NCBI RefSeq assembly: GCF_009914755.1
Contig: NC_060926.1
DNA length: 64,000 bases
Reading direction: 5' to 3' (one strand)
Source: the human T2T-CHM13v2.0 reference genome, Homo sapiens
In this document: piece after piece, positions 16,965 through 30,179 of the stretch
How positions within the stretch are numbered: position 1 is the first letter of the stretch
Layout: each line of letters begins with the position of its first letter
Translations under genes and position numbers: made by a program
Notes under the pieces: generated by a model
Databases searched by the model: none
What the model was told of the DNA's origin: nothing
What the model saw: the letters and a program-made list of their open reading frames with translations, nothing else

Positions 16965-18327
16965 TTTCTTTTATTTTATAAAAAATTGTATGTATTTATG
17001 GTGTAAAACATGATGTTTTGATATATGTATACATTGTGGAATGCCTAAACTATTTAACATACACATTTCTGCAAATACTTATTTTTTGTGGTAAGAACTC
17101 TTTAAAACTACTCTCTTAGCAACTTGCAAGTATACAATATATTGTTATTATCTACAGTCACCATCATGTACAATAGATCTCTTGAACTTATTCCTCCTAT
17201 CTAATTGAAATTTTGTTTCCTTTGACCAACATATCTCCAATCCCCCCAATCACCAGCCTCTAGTAACTACCTTTCTACTTTCTGTATCAGTGAGTTCTAC
17301 TTTTGTATAATAAATTCCACATATAAATGAGATCATATGGTTTCTCTTTCTGTGCCTACCTTAACAAAATATCCTTCAGATTGATCCATGTGGTTGCAAA
17401 TGACAGGATTTCCTTCTTTTTAAAGGCTGAATAGTATTCCATTGTGTTTATGTACCACATTCTCTTTATCCATTCATCCTTTGATAGACAGGTTGTTTCC
17501 ATATCTCAACTACTGTGAATAGTGCAGCAATGAACATGGGAGTGCAGATATCTCTTCAACATACTGATTTCATATCCTTTGGATATACATCCAGGGATTG
17601 CTGTTTTCATTGCTAATTTTTTGAGGAACTTCCATACTGTTGTCCATAATGGCTATACTAATTTACATTCCCACCAACAGTGTGCAAGTGTTCTCCTTTC
17701 TCCACATCCTCTATAACATTTGTTATCTTTCTTCTTTTTGTTAATGGCCACTCTGATACCTGTCAGGTGATATCTCATTGTGGTTTTAATTTGCATTTCC
17801 CTGATAATTAGTGATGTTGAACATTTTTTATAGACTTATTGGCCATTTGTATGCCTTCTTTTGAGATATGTCTATTCAAGTCCTTTGCCCATTTTTTAAT
17901 CGGGTTATTTGTTTTCTTTCTGTTGAATTGTTTGAGTTCCTTATATATTTTGGATATTAACCGCTTATCAGATGTCTGGTTTGCAAATATACTCTCCCAC
18001 TCTGTAGGTTGTCTCTTCCTTCTGTTGATTGTTTCCTTTGCTCTGCAGAGCTTTTTAGTGTGACATAATCCCATTTGTCTGTTTCCCCTTTTGTTGCCTG
18101 TGCTTTGGGGTCATATTTTTAAAATATCATTTCCCATACCAATGCCATGATGCTTTTCTCATATTTCTCATATTTTCTTCTAGTAGTTTAACAGTTTCAG
18201 GTCTTAAATTTAAGTTTTTAATCCATTTTGAGTTGATTTTCGTATATGGTGTGAGATGAGGGTTTAATTGCATTCTTCTGCATATGGATATCCAGTTTTC
18301 CCAGCACCATTTATTGAGAGACTGTCC
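16965..18327 (-). mobile_element. L1MA-type 3' fragment
   Basis: ORF2 C-terminal remnant ([12 protein letters not shown]...[14 protein letters not shown]) plus L1MA 3'UTR. Confidence 0.92.
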
Positions 18328-18438
18328 AAAGCAAATTTCTAGTAGAGTTGTCTAAAGAAACACCAGAGCTAGGGCAAGTAGTGACTTATGTGTGCTGCGC
18401 TGGCCCACAAAACACGAGTATTTAAGCAGTAATGTTAC

Positions 18439-19122
18439 TGTGGATTGAAGATGGCTGCAAATTCTTGATTATTCCCACCATGGAGTGATGGGATCTAATT
18501 CTCCTCCTTTGAATTTGGGCTGGCCTTAATGATTTGCTTGACTGACAGAATGAGAAAGAAGTAATGTTCTGGGACTTCTGAGGTTAGGTCAGAAGAAGTC
18601 TTGCAGCTTCTACCTACATTTCTTAAGACACTCACTTTGGGGGAAATCAATCACTACATAAGAGATTTGACTTCACCAAGATTGCCATACTGTGAGGAAA
18701 CCCAAGCTAGCCACACTGAGAGAGCAACAGATGCCCAGCTAGCCCCAGCAGATCCAAACCCACTAGCCAAGGTGCCAGTCGTGTGAATGAAAGAGGCATC
18801 TTGGACATTCCAGACTCAATAGATGCAATGTGGGAAAGAAACGAGGATCCTAATAGATAGCCAGAACCTAGGCCTCAGGCAAAGGACCCCAAGTGAGCTG
18901 TCCTAGCCATCTCTAGCCATTAAGCCACCCCAGCTTGGGGTTTCAGTCATTGTGAAACAGAAATGAGACCTCCTGTTATGCCCTGTCTGAATTTCTGGCC
19001 TATAAAATCATGAGCATAAAAAAATTGGTGGTTGTTTTATGCCACTCCTTTTTGAGATGGTTGTTGTTTTATGCCAGCGTGGTTTAGGCTGGTTTGTTAT
19101 GCAGCAACAGATAACTGGAACA
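18439..19122 (+). mobile_element. MLT1F/G-like LTR
   Basis: tgtgg...atggctgcaaattctt ... tttgttatgcagcaacagataactggaaca. Confidence 0.8.
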
Positions 19123-19140
19123 GATGCTGAAGTGAGCATT

Positions 19141-19565
19141 TGTATTACTCAGTTATTGCTACAATAACGCAGTATAACACATGACTCCGGAACTCAGTGG
19201 GTTTCAATAAGCATTTATTTTTCTCACGCATGGGTCTGTGGGTTGACTGGGGTGTTCTTCTTTAGGCTGTGAGGCAGCTGGGTTTGATCAGGGCTGCAGG
19301 CTAAATTCAGGCACACTCCTGTCTTTGTTCTGGTGCCAGGCTGAAAGGGCAGCATCTACCCAAGGCATGCTGGGTCACACGTATGCAGGAGTCCACATGC
19401 GATTGTGTGAAAACATTTTGATGCCTCCGCTTGCATCACATCCACTTAGTCCACTAGCCAAGGAGCTAAATGGCAAAGCTCAAAGGCAATGGGGAAGGTA
19501 AACTCCTATCTAAGTGGAAGAAACAAGGGAATAAATTTTGGCTGAACAATACTTTAGCCTATCAC
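19141..19565 (-). mobile_element. MLT1J/K-like LTR
   Basis: tgtatta...ttgctacaataac...gcatttatttttctcac. Confidence 0.7.
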
Positions 19566-19999
19566 GGGATCAGATGACAGTAGCGGTAATGCTGTCAGGC
19601 TGGATCACTTGTAAGGCGTTGCTATAATTCAGTACTTACGCATCCAGAAATCAGGGAAAACACATATAAGTACTGTGGGGGAAGGTGTCTAACACAGGAA
19701 TCAACTTTTTTTTTGCACAAAATACCTACAAACAGGAGGCATGTAAAATTATCAAAAGACCAAAAAATGCAAAAGGAGAGGAAGAAAGAGGGAAAAAGGT
19801 GGCAGAAAGTGAACCCTTTCATAGAGAGATATAGTAATACCACCAAATGTCACGGAGGCCAGAAGAGGACACCTATTTCTTGGTTTGCCTCACAAGTAGG
19901 CAGAATGGCTACAGGGCAGCCCTCTGGAGATAAAAGGCCCCAAGAGACCCTTTCGCTAATTCAATGACAGATATATGTGGCATAGTATAAGGCACCCCC

Positions 20000-21120
20000 A
20001 AACAGTGCTCTCACACTCAGCACCACACGATGTCTAGTAGTTCAGGGAGTTCCCCACTCCCAATTGAGGGTTGACTGACTGTTATTGCAGCTTTGGAGTG
20101 CACAGGTACAGCATAAAAAGCTGCAAGCAGCAAGCAGAGTTGGTGCAAAGAGGATTCAGAAAGGCTATGGGAGGAATGTGGTATCTGAACTGGGACTGGA
20201 TGGAGAGGCAAAACAATGTGGAAGGAGCACACAGCGCCATTTTTGCAGGAGGCATAGAGGGCACATGGCTAGAGAGCAGGCTGAGGCCAGATCATGGTAG
20301 GTCTCGAATGCCAGGATGAGGAACACATTCTTAATTCACTGGGAGCCACTGAAAGCTTTTGAACAAGAAGTGATATGAAGGAGTTGTCCTCCAATATCAT
20401 TTTTCTGTGTTTCCTTAGTAACAGAAACTCCAATTTTTTAACTGGGTGGATGCCTGTGTAAAACAAAAATTACATTCCCTAACGTTTCTTGCAGAAAAGA
20501 ATGGTCATTTGACTAAATTCTTATCGATGAAATATAAGAGAAATAATGTGTATGACTTTTAGGAAGTGTTTTTAAAGAGAGATGCCATGCCCTCATTGCT
20601 CTTTCTTTTCTGCTGGGTGAAAGCTGAACTTTATCCTAACATGTATATTACTCATTAGGAAGATTAGCCTGGGGCAAGGCAAAATACAGGATGGTTGGAA
20701 CAAGAGGAGCATTGGAGGTGGGAAGACTAATTGGGAGAACATTTCAATAGCCCAGATAAGAAGTGAGGAAATAAGAACTGAGCCAGTGTGGTAGCAGTGG
20801 GAATAGATGGGATGGGCAGATGTGATAAATATTGTGAAAGGAATCTCTGTGGGACTTGGCAATTCATTAGATGAGAGAAGGCACCACAGAGGGAAGAATC
20901 AAAGTTCGCTTTGAAGTTTCACACAGAGGTGACTGGGTCATCAATTATGTTTTAACCGAAGGGATGAGCAGGTTTGAGGAAGGCAACCATGAGTTTGGTT
21001 TTGAACATTTTAGTTGGGACGCCTGCAGGATATTCAGGTGAAGATGTAAAACAGGCAGCCGAAGACTCATTTCTGGAGCATGATTTGAGAGTCTTTTGCA
21101 TAAACGTGGTAGTCAAAACA
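20000..21120 (-). mobile_element. L2 fragments (with an embedded MLT1 piece ~20390-20630)
   Basis: ggagccactgaaagcttttgaaca; gagtttggttttgaacatt. Confidence 0.65.
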
Positions 21121-21495
21121 AAGGGAAGGGCTGATTGGCAAAACACAGTGTGTGTCTGTAGGAATTACTCTTTCTTCAGTGCACATAGAGAAATGAACTG
21201 CATTCTGGAAAGCCAGATATAAATATGTGCAGCTCTTCATCTGACACTACCTCCCCCGCCCACCCCCCCCCCCCCACACACAATCCTTACAAGTTCTAGC
21301 CAATAGCTGGCTGGCTCCAAGCAATAAAATACTCACTGTCTCAAAATTTGGACAGCTCCTTAAAGTTCCTTATGAAGGCATTTTGATTTGCACAAATATG
21401 TCATGACATGTTTTAAGATGACTCCTTTATAGCAAGAAATCTATAGTAAATTGCCTTCCTCCTTAATTGAGGTTAGCCACAATTAAGTCTTCCCT

Positions 21496-21730
21496 TGCCT
21501 GGCACAGTGGGTGGTGCCAGCTACCAAGGAGGATCCCATAAGCCCAGGAACTGGGAGACCAGCCTGGGCAACATAGCGAGACCTTGTCCCAGAAAGAGAG
21601 GAAAGAAAGGAAAGAAAGGGAAAGAAGGAAAGAAGGAAGGAAGGGAGGGAGGGAGGGAGGGGGGGAGGAAGGAAGGAAGGAAGGAAGGAAGGAAGGAAGG
21701 AAGGAAGGAAGGAAGGAAGGAAAAAGAAAA
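21496..21730 (+). repeat. FLAM-like Alu monomer with purine tail including (GGAA)14
   Basis: 14 perfect GGAA units 21667-21722. Confidence 0.9.
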
Positions 21731-22099
21731 AACAAAAGACCACCCACGGAAGTCTTTAAAGAACAATTCACAAGCAGAATAAAAAAATATAAAAATATAA
21801 TAACTGTGATACAGTAAAAAGACTCAGCAGAAGTTTCCCTTGTAACTCGCGTGGCCAAAGCAGATATCAAATAAAAGATGAAATAAACAGGAAATCCATA
21901 GAACGTGAACAATAAGGAACCGTTCAGGATGGCCAAACCGCCGTCTGCGCTGTTTTCTCGCCAGGGCTCAGGCCTGGGAACGGAAGAGGTTAAAATCCAG
22001 TGGCTTGTGTTTCAGCTTTGGTTACGTGGCAGAAACCAACTGGAAGTGGTGGCGTGAGAGCTCTGTTTCTTCTAGAAGAGCTTTGCGTCTTAAACGCCC

Positions 22100-22241
22100 A
22101 TACCGCAGACAGCTGCCTGGCGGGCGACCCAGCCCCATCCTGATGGCCCCAGGACACAAGCCCAGGAGCGCCCCGGTGCGCGCGGTTCCGCGGCCCAGGG
22201 GCGCCGGGTTTGGTGGCACAGCGAGCCCCCTTTCTCTAGCG
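22100..22241 (+). other. Candidate alternative non-coding first exon
   Basis: Donor-like GCG|gtatgg at 22241/22242 at the 5' edge of the CpG island; start position is a guess. Confidence 0.4.
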
Positions 22242-22865
22242 GTATGGCTGCGTTAGAGCCCTAATGAGCGCGTGCGAAGGCTCCCCTTATTCATCCATCC
22301 TCCGGTCCGTCCTTTGTCTCAAGGCCGGGGCCTTGCTGGGCACCATGGCGTGCTTTACCGCACAAGCCCCTGAGGACCCCTGGAAGAAGGGATCTTCCGC
22401 AGGAGGGGACGCGACGGCAGGACCGCCCCGGGCCCCCTCACCGCGCCCGGCCCCCTGGCGGGAGAGGCCGGCGAGCTCTGGAGAGGAGCGCGGGCCGCGC
22501 GGGGGCGAAAGCGCCACCCGGGAGAGAGGGATCCTCCCCTCTCCTCCTCTCTTCTCCCCTCCCCTCCCTCCCCTCCCACAGTCCTCAGGAGGAGGAACGC
22601 CGCTGCGTTCTAAGTTCTCCCGGGCCCTCTGGCCCCGAGGACTCAGATCCCGGCCGCGGGAGAGGGCCCGGCAGGTGCCAAGGAGCCCGGGCGGTCCTTC
22701 AGCCCGCACTTCCCCGCGGTCGCCCGGAGCCGGCCTCCGTTAGCCGGGCGGGTAGGCGGCTATTGGCGCCAGGATTGGCCGGCGCCGCCCGCGCCCCCGC
22801 GGCCTCGGGTGGAGCCTCCCGCCCGGCCGCCCCCTGCGGCACCCGCGACACGGGTGGGGACCAGA

Positions 22866-22900
22866 GGCTCCCGGCGGCGGCTCCCGGCGGCGGCTCCCGG
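22866..22900. repeat. 13-bp tandem repeat (GGCTCCCGGCGGC x2.7)
   Basis: Units start at 22866, 22879, 22892. Confidence 0.9.
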
Positions 22901-23011
22901 GCTGTGATTGGCCAGCGCCACAGGGGGCGGGACGGCGGGCGTGAAGTGAGCGGGCTGGGGCCGCTGGCGCGCCCTCCTACTTCCCCGTCTGCGTCCGCGT
23001 TCGCGGCTCCC

Positions 23012-23021
23012 GTTTGCATCA
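23012..23021 (-). promoter_or_regulatory. C/EBP-ATF composite (CARE/AARE, ATF4) element
   Basis: GTTTGCATCA = TGATGCAAAC on minus strand, matches TGATGxAAx. Confidence 0.7.
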
Positions 23022-23244
23022 TCTCCAGCCGGCGGCTGCTCCAGGGAGGCTGGGCGCGATCCTCTCCGCCCGCGGCTCCAACCCGCACTCTGCGCCTCTC
23101 CTCGCCTTTCTCGCACCTGCTCCTGCGCCAGGCCCGGAGACCCCCGGGGCGGCTTCCCAGAACCTGCGGAGCACAACTGGCCGACCGACCCATTCATTGG
23201 GAACCCCGTCTTTTGCCAGAGCCCACGTCCCCTGCCACCTCTAG

Positions 23245-23793
<549 letters not shown>

Positions 23794-25043
23794 TAACACT
23801 CTCCACCTCTCCCAGGGCCCAGTGGGAGACGCCAGTTCTCGGATGCCCTCCAGTTCATACACCCATATGCTTATACACTCCTAAGAGTTAATTCTTAGCT
23901 GGCTGCTGGTGGCGTTTAACGTTTTAAAAATATCAAAATGACGTCTGGAGTTTTTGCGTGCTGACCACACCTTTGCAAACAGCTGGGGCGCACCGCACAA
24001 TCGAAAGAGCAGGGCCGCATCTTTGAGCAAGAACCAGTCCCCACCGTTAGGTGGGCGTTTGTTAGGGAAGAGCCAGCCGCCCCGCCTGTTCTTTACTCCT
24101 TATACTCTCGCGCTGCTCTCCCCGGTAAAAATGTTCCGACCACGCCCCAGTGGCTTCGCCTCATTTTCTCCCACATGGTGCCTAAAAGCTTCTGGGAGCA
24201 TTGGTTAAGTTTTGCCTCTTGGGTCATCCGGCTTGCAATCTATGGCCTTCTCTGTTACAGTCCTTGGCTGCGAAGGAAGCTGGCAATTTTCTGCAGTTAT
24301 CAGTGGACCCACGGATAATAGGGCTGGGGTTAGTTGAGTGAGACATATTGCCCAGAAATATGCCTCTCCTGAGGGCTTGGGGCTTGGGACAGGTTGCTGT
24401 CCACCCCAGTAAAGACCACGGCAGAGTGCTGTGTTTCAAAGGCCTTTCTTTGTGCGAAAGTGTGAGTTCTAGAGGGGAGGGAGAGAAGCATCTTCACTTA
24501 GTTTTGCCTGCTTTTTGCAATTCTTAGAAGTTGCATTTCATCCTTTGAGATGATGTAGTATCCTTTCTGTGACTTATCCAAAACCTTGGTCTCTCCTGGT
24601 TTCTCCATTAGCCCAAAGTTCACAAATGGGGAAACTGCAGCCCGGAGGCATTTACTGATCTAACCAGGTTCAGTTGAGTGAGGAGTCCAGCTGGCTCCTT
24701 CTCCAGATTTCTGATGATTTTGGATTCTGAGCCTTGGAGTTATTAATATATTTTGTCTTGAGTTATTGAGGCAAAGCTCCTCATTGCTGAGGTTGTGAAA
24801 AACAGCAAACCCTGGGCAAAGTGACTTGCCTTTCCAACTGTTTCCATTTCTCCTTCTGGAAAATGTGATGGCTGTCTGCACTTAAGAGAGAGATTGTTCA
24901 CTTAAAACAACAAAAATCTAGGACATCCGTATTTAAAAACAAACAAACAACAACAAAAAAAAACCACTCATGAGGGAGACCAAAAGTTCTTGCCAAAAGG
25001 GCAGATAGTGGTGGCCTATTAGGACTTTTAAGGGGATCACAGC

Positions 25044-25585
25044 TTTTTTTTTTTTTTTTTTTTTTTAAAGTCTGGGTCTTGCTCTTTTGCCCAGACTGGA
25101 GTGCAGTGTTGGGATCCTAGCTCACTGCATCCCCGAACTCCTAGGCTTCAGCGATCCTCCTGCCTCAGTCTCCAGAGTAGCTGAGATTACAGGTGCACAC
25201 CACCACACCCAGCTTTTTGTTTGTTTGTTTGTTTGTTTTTTGAGACGGAGTCTCGCTCTGTCACCCAGGCTGGAGTGCAGTGTGCGATCTCGGCTCACTG
25301 CAAGCTCCGCCTCCTGGGTTCACGCCATTCTCCTGCCTCAGCCTCCCGAGTAGCTGGGATTACAGGCGCGTGCCACCACGCCCGGCTAATTTTTTGTATT
25401 TTTTAGTAGAGACGGGGTTTCACCATGTTAGCCAGGATGGTCTTGATCTCCTGACCTCGTGAGCCACCCGCCTCGGCCTCCCAAAGTGCTGGGATTACAG
25501 GTGTGAGCCACCCTGCCTGGCCCCAGCTAACTGTTTTAAATTTTTTTAGAGATGGGGTTTCACTATGCTGCCCAGGCTGGTCTAG
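25044..25585 (-). mobile_element. AluY (25216-25522) nested in the linker of a 5'-truncated AluJ
   Basis: Outer TSD gatcacagc; inner repeat cccagct. Confidence 0.88.
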
Positions 25586-26815
25586 ATCACAGCCTTTGTT
25601 CTGTGACTGGCAGCTTGATATTTGGAGTCCAGACACTTTTTAAGTTTGGAAACTAACTTTTAGGTGAGTGCTGAAAAGAAGTCTCCTGAGGTTGAGAGCA
25701 CCTTTAGCCTATTACCTGTAGGAGGTCGGTCAGCTCTCTCAGGGAGGAAAGGCAATAATGGGGTTAAAGGATTATTCTTTGCAGGGATCTGTGGCCCAGG
25801 GAGGGAGAATGGATGTTCAGCTCTGTCCTGCTATGGTCCCGCACCGGGAGCCTCAATAGGATCTTTTAACTCCAGAAGAGGGGGCAGTGGTGGTAGGGGG
25901 TACCTCATTACCTCCTGAAGGGACTTCTTGTTTCCTGATCATGGTTTTCTAGTTTTAGACCCAAGCCCCTTCACCTCCTGCTTCTGACATGGATGGTGAC
26001 CCAGCGTCATAGCTTAGTAGTGTGGGTGCAACTTTTCAATGACTTGGGCTGCACCTGCATGGAGGGCTAAGAGAGGCTTTGTTGTGGCTTGCTGGGGATA
26101 GGTATTGCTTCATAATTCTTCCAACAGCCAACTTCATCTAATCCAGCAGCTCACGGATAAAGGTAGGGCAGGTGGTATATCCCATTTTATGACTGACAAA
26201 ACTGAGACAGAGATTAAGCGATTTGCTCAAGGTCATGGAGTGGCTTATAAAGAAGAGATTAGAAGGACTGTGGGTCTCCTACCCCACAGTGCAGGGTTCT
26301 CTCTCTTTCTCCTAATCCCTCTTCCTCCAAGTCAACATGCCTTAGTAATGTCACCTGCCTAGTCTAGTGTGGCTATCTCAGAAATGCTTTCTCTGGGCCC
26401 AGAGAGGAACCAGGTAGGCATATGACTGGGTAAAGACAAATGCTCCTTTCCTCCAGCCAGCGTGGAGGCTGAGCTCCTCAAGTGAAGGAAAGTATGTGTG
26501 CACCGCTGAGGTTTGGTCTCAGGCTGAAGCAGCTTGTGAAAGGAAACTAAGTCCCAAGCCACCCGGAAATGCTTCCTGAGTCTGGAGAGTCTCTGACATC
26601 AAAATTAAAAAATTGCTTCCTTCAAGGAAACTTCACGGATGTGGATTTCATGTGACTCTGGGCATCTTCTTTGGAAAGGCAGTGCCCCATTCCTTTCTTC
26701 CTAGGGGCACGTGAATGAAATGAGACTCTGCCAGTAAACGCCTCAGTTATCCAGCAGGCCCTCTCGAGGTAGCTGCTCAGAACTTAAACACCTGGAAGAG
26801 TGGGAAAGGCCTCTG

Positions 26816-26826
26816 ATGAGTCAGCA
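26816..26826 (+). promoter_or_regulatory. NF-E2/ARE (MARE) motif in intron 1
   Basis: ATGAGTCAGCA, full match to RTGASTCAGCA. Confidence 0.45.
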
Positions 26827-28367
26827 TAGCTGCTGCTGAGGCTTTGTGCTAAAGTCCATGCCCTTTCCTGATGGTAAAGTGCCCCCAAATCCCCCAGGGT
26901 CTCTCTGTCATGATTTCTAATTTGGTTTTTAAAGCTGGAACTACAAGTCAGAAAGAGATGAAGCTAGTAGGTATTCATTACATGTGTATATGTTTTTTTA
27001 AAATTCAGAATGTCATTGCTGAGTGGTTTGATTTCCCAGCACACAATGGGTTAGAAATAACAATGTAGAATAGAGAATTGGGATGAGAAGGCTGGAGCTA
27101 GAAGCAATGAGAAGGGATGGCCAATAGTAGCTGGCAGGTGGAAGAATCATAGTCTCTTCCTGAGCAGCCCGGAGTTCTGTGCCTGGGAATCCAGAACAGT
27201 ATAGGACTTTCAGAACCATGTGTGACCTAAGTGGTTGACTTGTGGGTTTTTATCCAAAATGAAATGGTTGGGCACCAAAGAGACAGAAACAGGTTATCAG
27301 GAAACTAGTCATTGTGGAACTTCTTGGTCCCTAACAATGCTTACTGGTTGTGGGACATGTCCATAACTTTTCCATTCCTTGGTTTCCTCATCTTTATTAT
27401 GGGAATCATGATGGTACCCACCTCGCAGGATTGTTCTGAGGGTTAGCTGGGTTGTGTCTAAGAGCTCTAAAGCTCTTCTGGGTTCTAAAGCTGTTAGAAC
27501 AGTGCTGGCCCAATACACCTGTGCTCTTGTTATAAATAGAGTGATTGGGTTTTCCAGTTCACCTGAGCTAATGGGGATGGCCCTCTTTCCGTAACCTGAA
27601 ATAAATGAGGGTAGATGGGAAGAAGAGGAATGTTTAGGGGAACTCAAGATGACTTGAAGCTAATGTAGTCTCTAGGTGTATTGGGAACCACATGGCATCT
27701 GGAGGAGAAGTGAACAGTAACTGACTATGTTTTAGACTACTAATTAATAGAGTCACACTATGGAAAATTTGGAAAGGGAGAGAAGTCAAAACTAAACACA
27801 GAAGAGCCTTCCATTCTGAAATGGGACAGAAGTCCCCACAGATTCTCACTGACATTCCGGTTTCTTTTTCCCCTGCCTTACATGCTTATGATCTCCAGTT
27901 GACCTCCGCTATAAATTGAAGGGATTGAGGCAAATGGTTTCTAACATTCCTTTGGGCTCTAAAGTTTGTAGTTTTCAAATGGAGAACCAAGGTGTAACTG
28001 CCAAGGAGGCAGGTAGGGACAGAGCCTAGGCCCAGGGCTCTGGTCTGTGCTGGCAGCCAGAAGAATGGCCGAGGGCCACCATCTTGCAGTAGCATAGTAG
28101 GGTGTGGCCATGTATATGGTAAATACAATTAGGATTTTGTCTGTTGCCCAGTTTTCTAGGGTTTTTTTCACTGCTCGTGCTAATTTTCTTAATAGCAAAC
28201 CATGCTCTGAGCCTTTCCCTTCACAGAGGGAGGTGTGCTGGACGTACCTCCTTCTCAAGGACTGGTGTGAATATGTATGATGCTTCTCAAGCTGCAAAGA
28301 ACACATTACTTGAATAGGTGCAAAAAAAAAAAAACTATCAGAGACTGAGATTTAATATTAGCCCCCT

Positions 28368-28483
28368 GTGCTTGCCTTGGCAGCACATATACTAAAACTG
28401 GAACAATAGAGGAGACGAGCGTGGCCTCCGTGCAAGGATGACACACAACGTGATGTTCCAATGTGAAGCGTTCCATATTTTTT
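28368..28483 (+). pseudogene. Retroposed U6 snRNA pseudogene (RNU6-type)
   Basis: gtgcttgccttggcagcacatatactaaaactggaac...caaggatgacac...gtgaagcgttccatattttt; A-rich tail; TSD taatattagcc(c/a)cc at 28353 and 28500; ACAGAGA box mutated. Confidence 0.95.
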
Positions 28484-30179
28484 AAATTAAAATAAATAGT
28501 AATATTAGCCACCAGATGGCAAAGTTGAGGAGTGAGTTGTGAACAATTTCTTTACATTATTGACTGTGGCGGGTTGTTGTAACTATGCCCATGTCTCTTC
28601 TATAGGCAAGATGAAGACAGCACATCTAACAAGGATCCAAATTAATGGCATTGTCTCAGCCTAACTAGTGATGAAAGGAAAATAATAGCAGCTTGTAATT
28701 TTTTTTAAAAAAAGGTTCTCACTCTTGACCATTTCTTTTACCTCCCAGGAGGACACCTGAATAGTTTAGAGACAGAAAAAAGCATCAACCTAGGGAGGTG
28801 GGTAGTGATGAAGAGCAGACACTAAAGCCAACCACCTGGGTTTGAAGCCCAGCTCTATGACGTACTTGCTGTACGTGCACAAGTCGTTTGTCCTCTCTGT
28901 GCCTGAGTGTCCTTATCTGTAAAATGAGACTAGTGAGACCTACAACCTAGAATGGTTGTGAGGATTAAATGAGTTAATATATGAGTGCTTTGCCAATATT
29001 CTAGTGTGTCCCACCCTCTCAGGGACAGCTGAGGGCTATTTGATATGATGCATGAATGCTGCTCTTAACTTAATTTCCCCCAAAAGATCCCCACTCCAGG
29101 GGTTCAGCCTTACCCTTTCCAGCTGGAATCTAAAACTGGATGGAGGCCTTAAAGAGAGGATGGATTCACACCCCCATCATCAGAGTGCAAGTCCACCAGC
29201 CCCAGCCCTTCCTCAGCTCAGCCTTGTAGGGGGTACCAAGATCTGAAGGGTCACATCCCTGTTAACTGGCTCTGTTACAATAAATACTAGCGATAATAAA
29301 TATTTATCAGGTGTACATACCATGCCATATCCTGTTCTGAAGAGTCTTTGAAATTTTAATAGATTTGGTAAAGAATTTTTGAACTTAAATAAAAGGAAAT
29401 AATTCTGGAACAAAATATGCCCAAGCAAAAGTAAATTGTTTTACATTCTTTTCATATAGAACAGAGAAATGCATACCACCCTTGACAATAGGATCAGAAG
29501 AACAAACAGTATCAGATGTTACAGAACGTTTTTGAAGTTTTTCACTGTGTGAGCTGCATGGGTCTGCACAGCACCTCCCACAGTGGTTCTGCATTGGCCA
29601 GTTCAACCTCATTTCATACCAGTTTTTCTGTTTGTTTTAAGTAATGTATTCAAAGAGTCTTATAGCGCTGGAAAAGCTTGTTCATTCATTATCTCCTGGC
29701 TTGGACTGACTTGGGCCTCTAGATTTAGTAGTGTATCTTAGAGGTTTCACACGTTTTTAATTTTGACCTACCATAAAAAGTACATTTTACATTATGGCAT
29801 CCACACTATACCCGCCCCCCAACTCCCACATACTCAAACCAAAACACAGGTTCCACCAAACAATATTTTAAGTGTGATATATACTGATATTTTTGTCTAA
29901 TGTATTTCATCTTTTATAAAATACTGGTTAAAGCCAATACACTGATTTAATGGTCTACTGATATTTGAGAAACTTTGGCCTAATACATATGTAATTCAAG
30001 TAGATCTCTCAGGATCAAACAACAGAAAAAGGAAATATTTGCAAACTTGAATAAGATGAGGAGCTCAGTGCTTAGAAGCATCCTAACACCCAGTGAAAGT
30101 GGGTGATGTGCAGAGGCGAACACAGGATGACCATTTGGTCCTCCTGACTTCTGGACTCTGGATTTCAGTACTCTACATC

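Noticed and set aside
17808-18074. ORF resembling the C-terminus of L1 ORF2p
   Set aside because: Decayed, 5'-truncated L1MA fragment
21463-21936. PSFL/RKEG repeat ORFs
   Set aside because: Translation of the GGAA microsatellite
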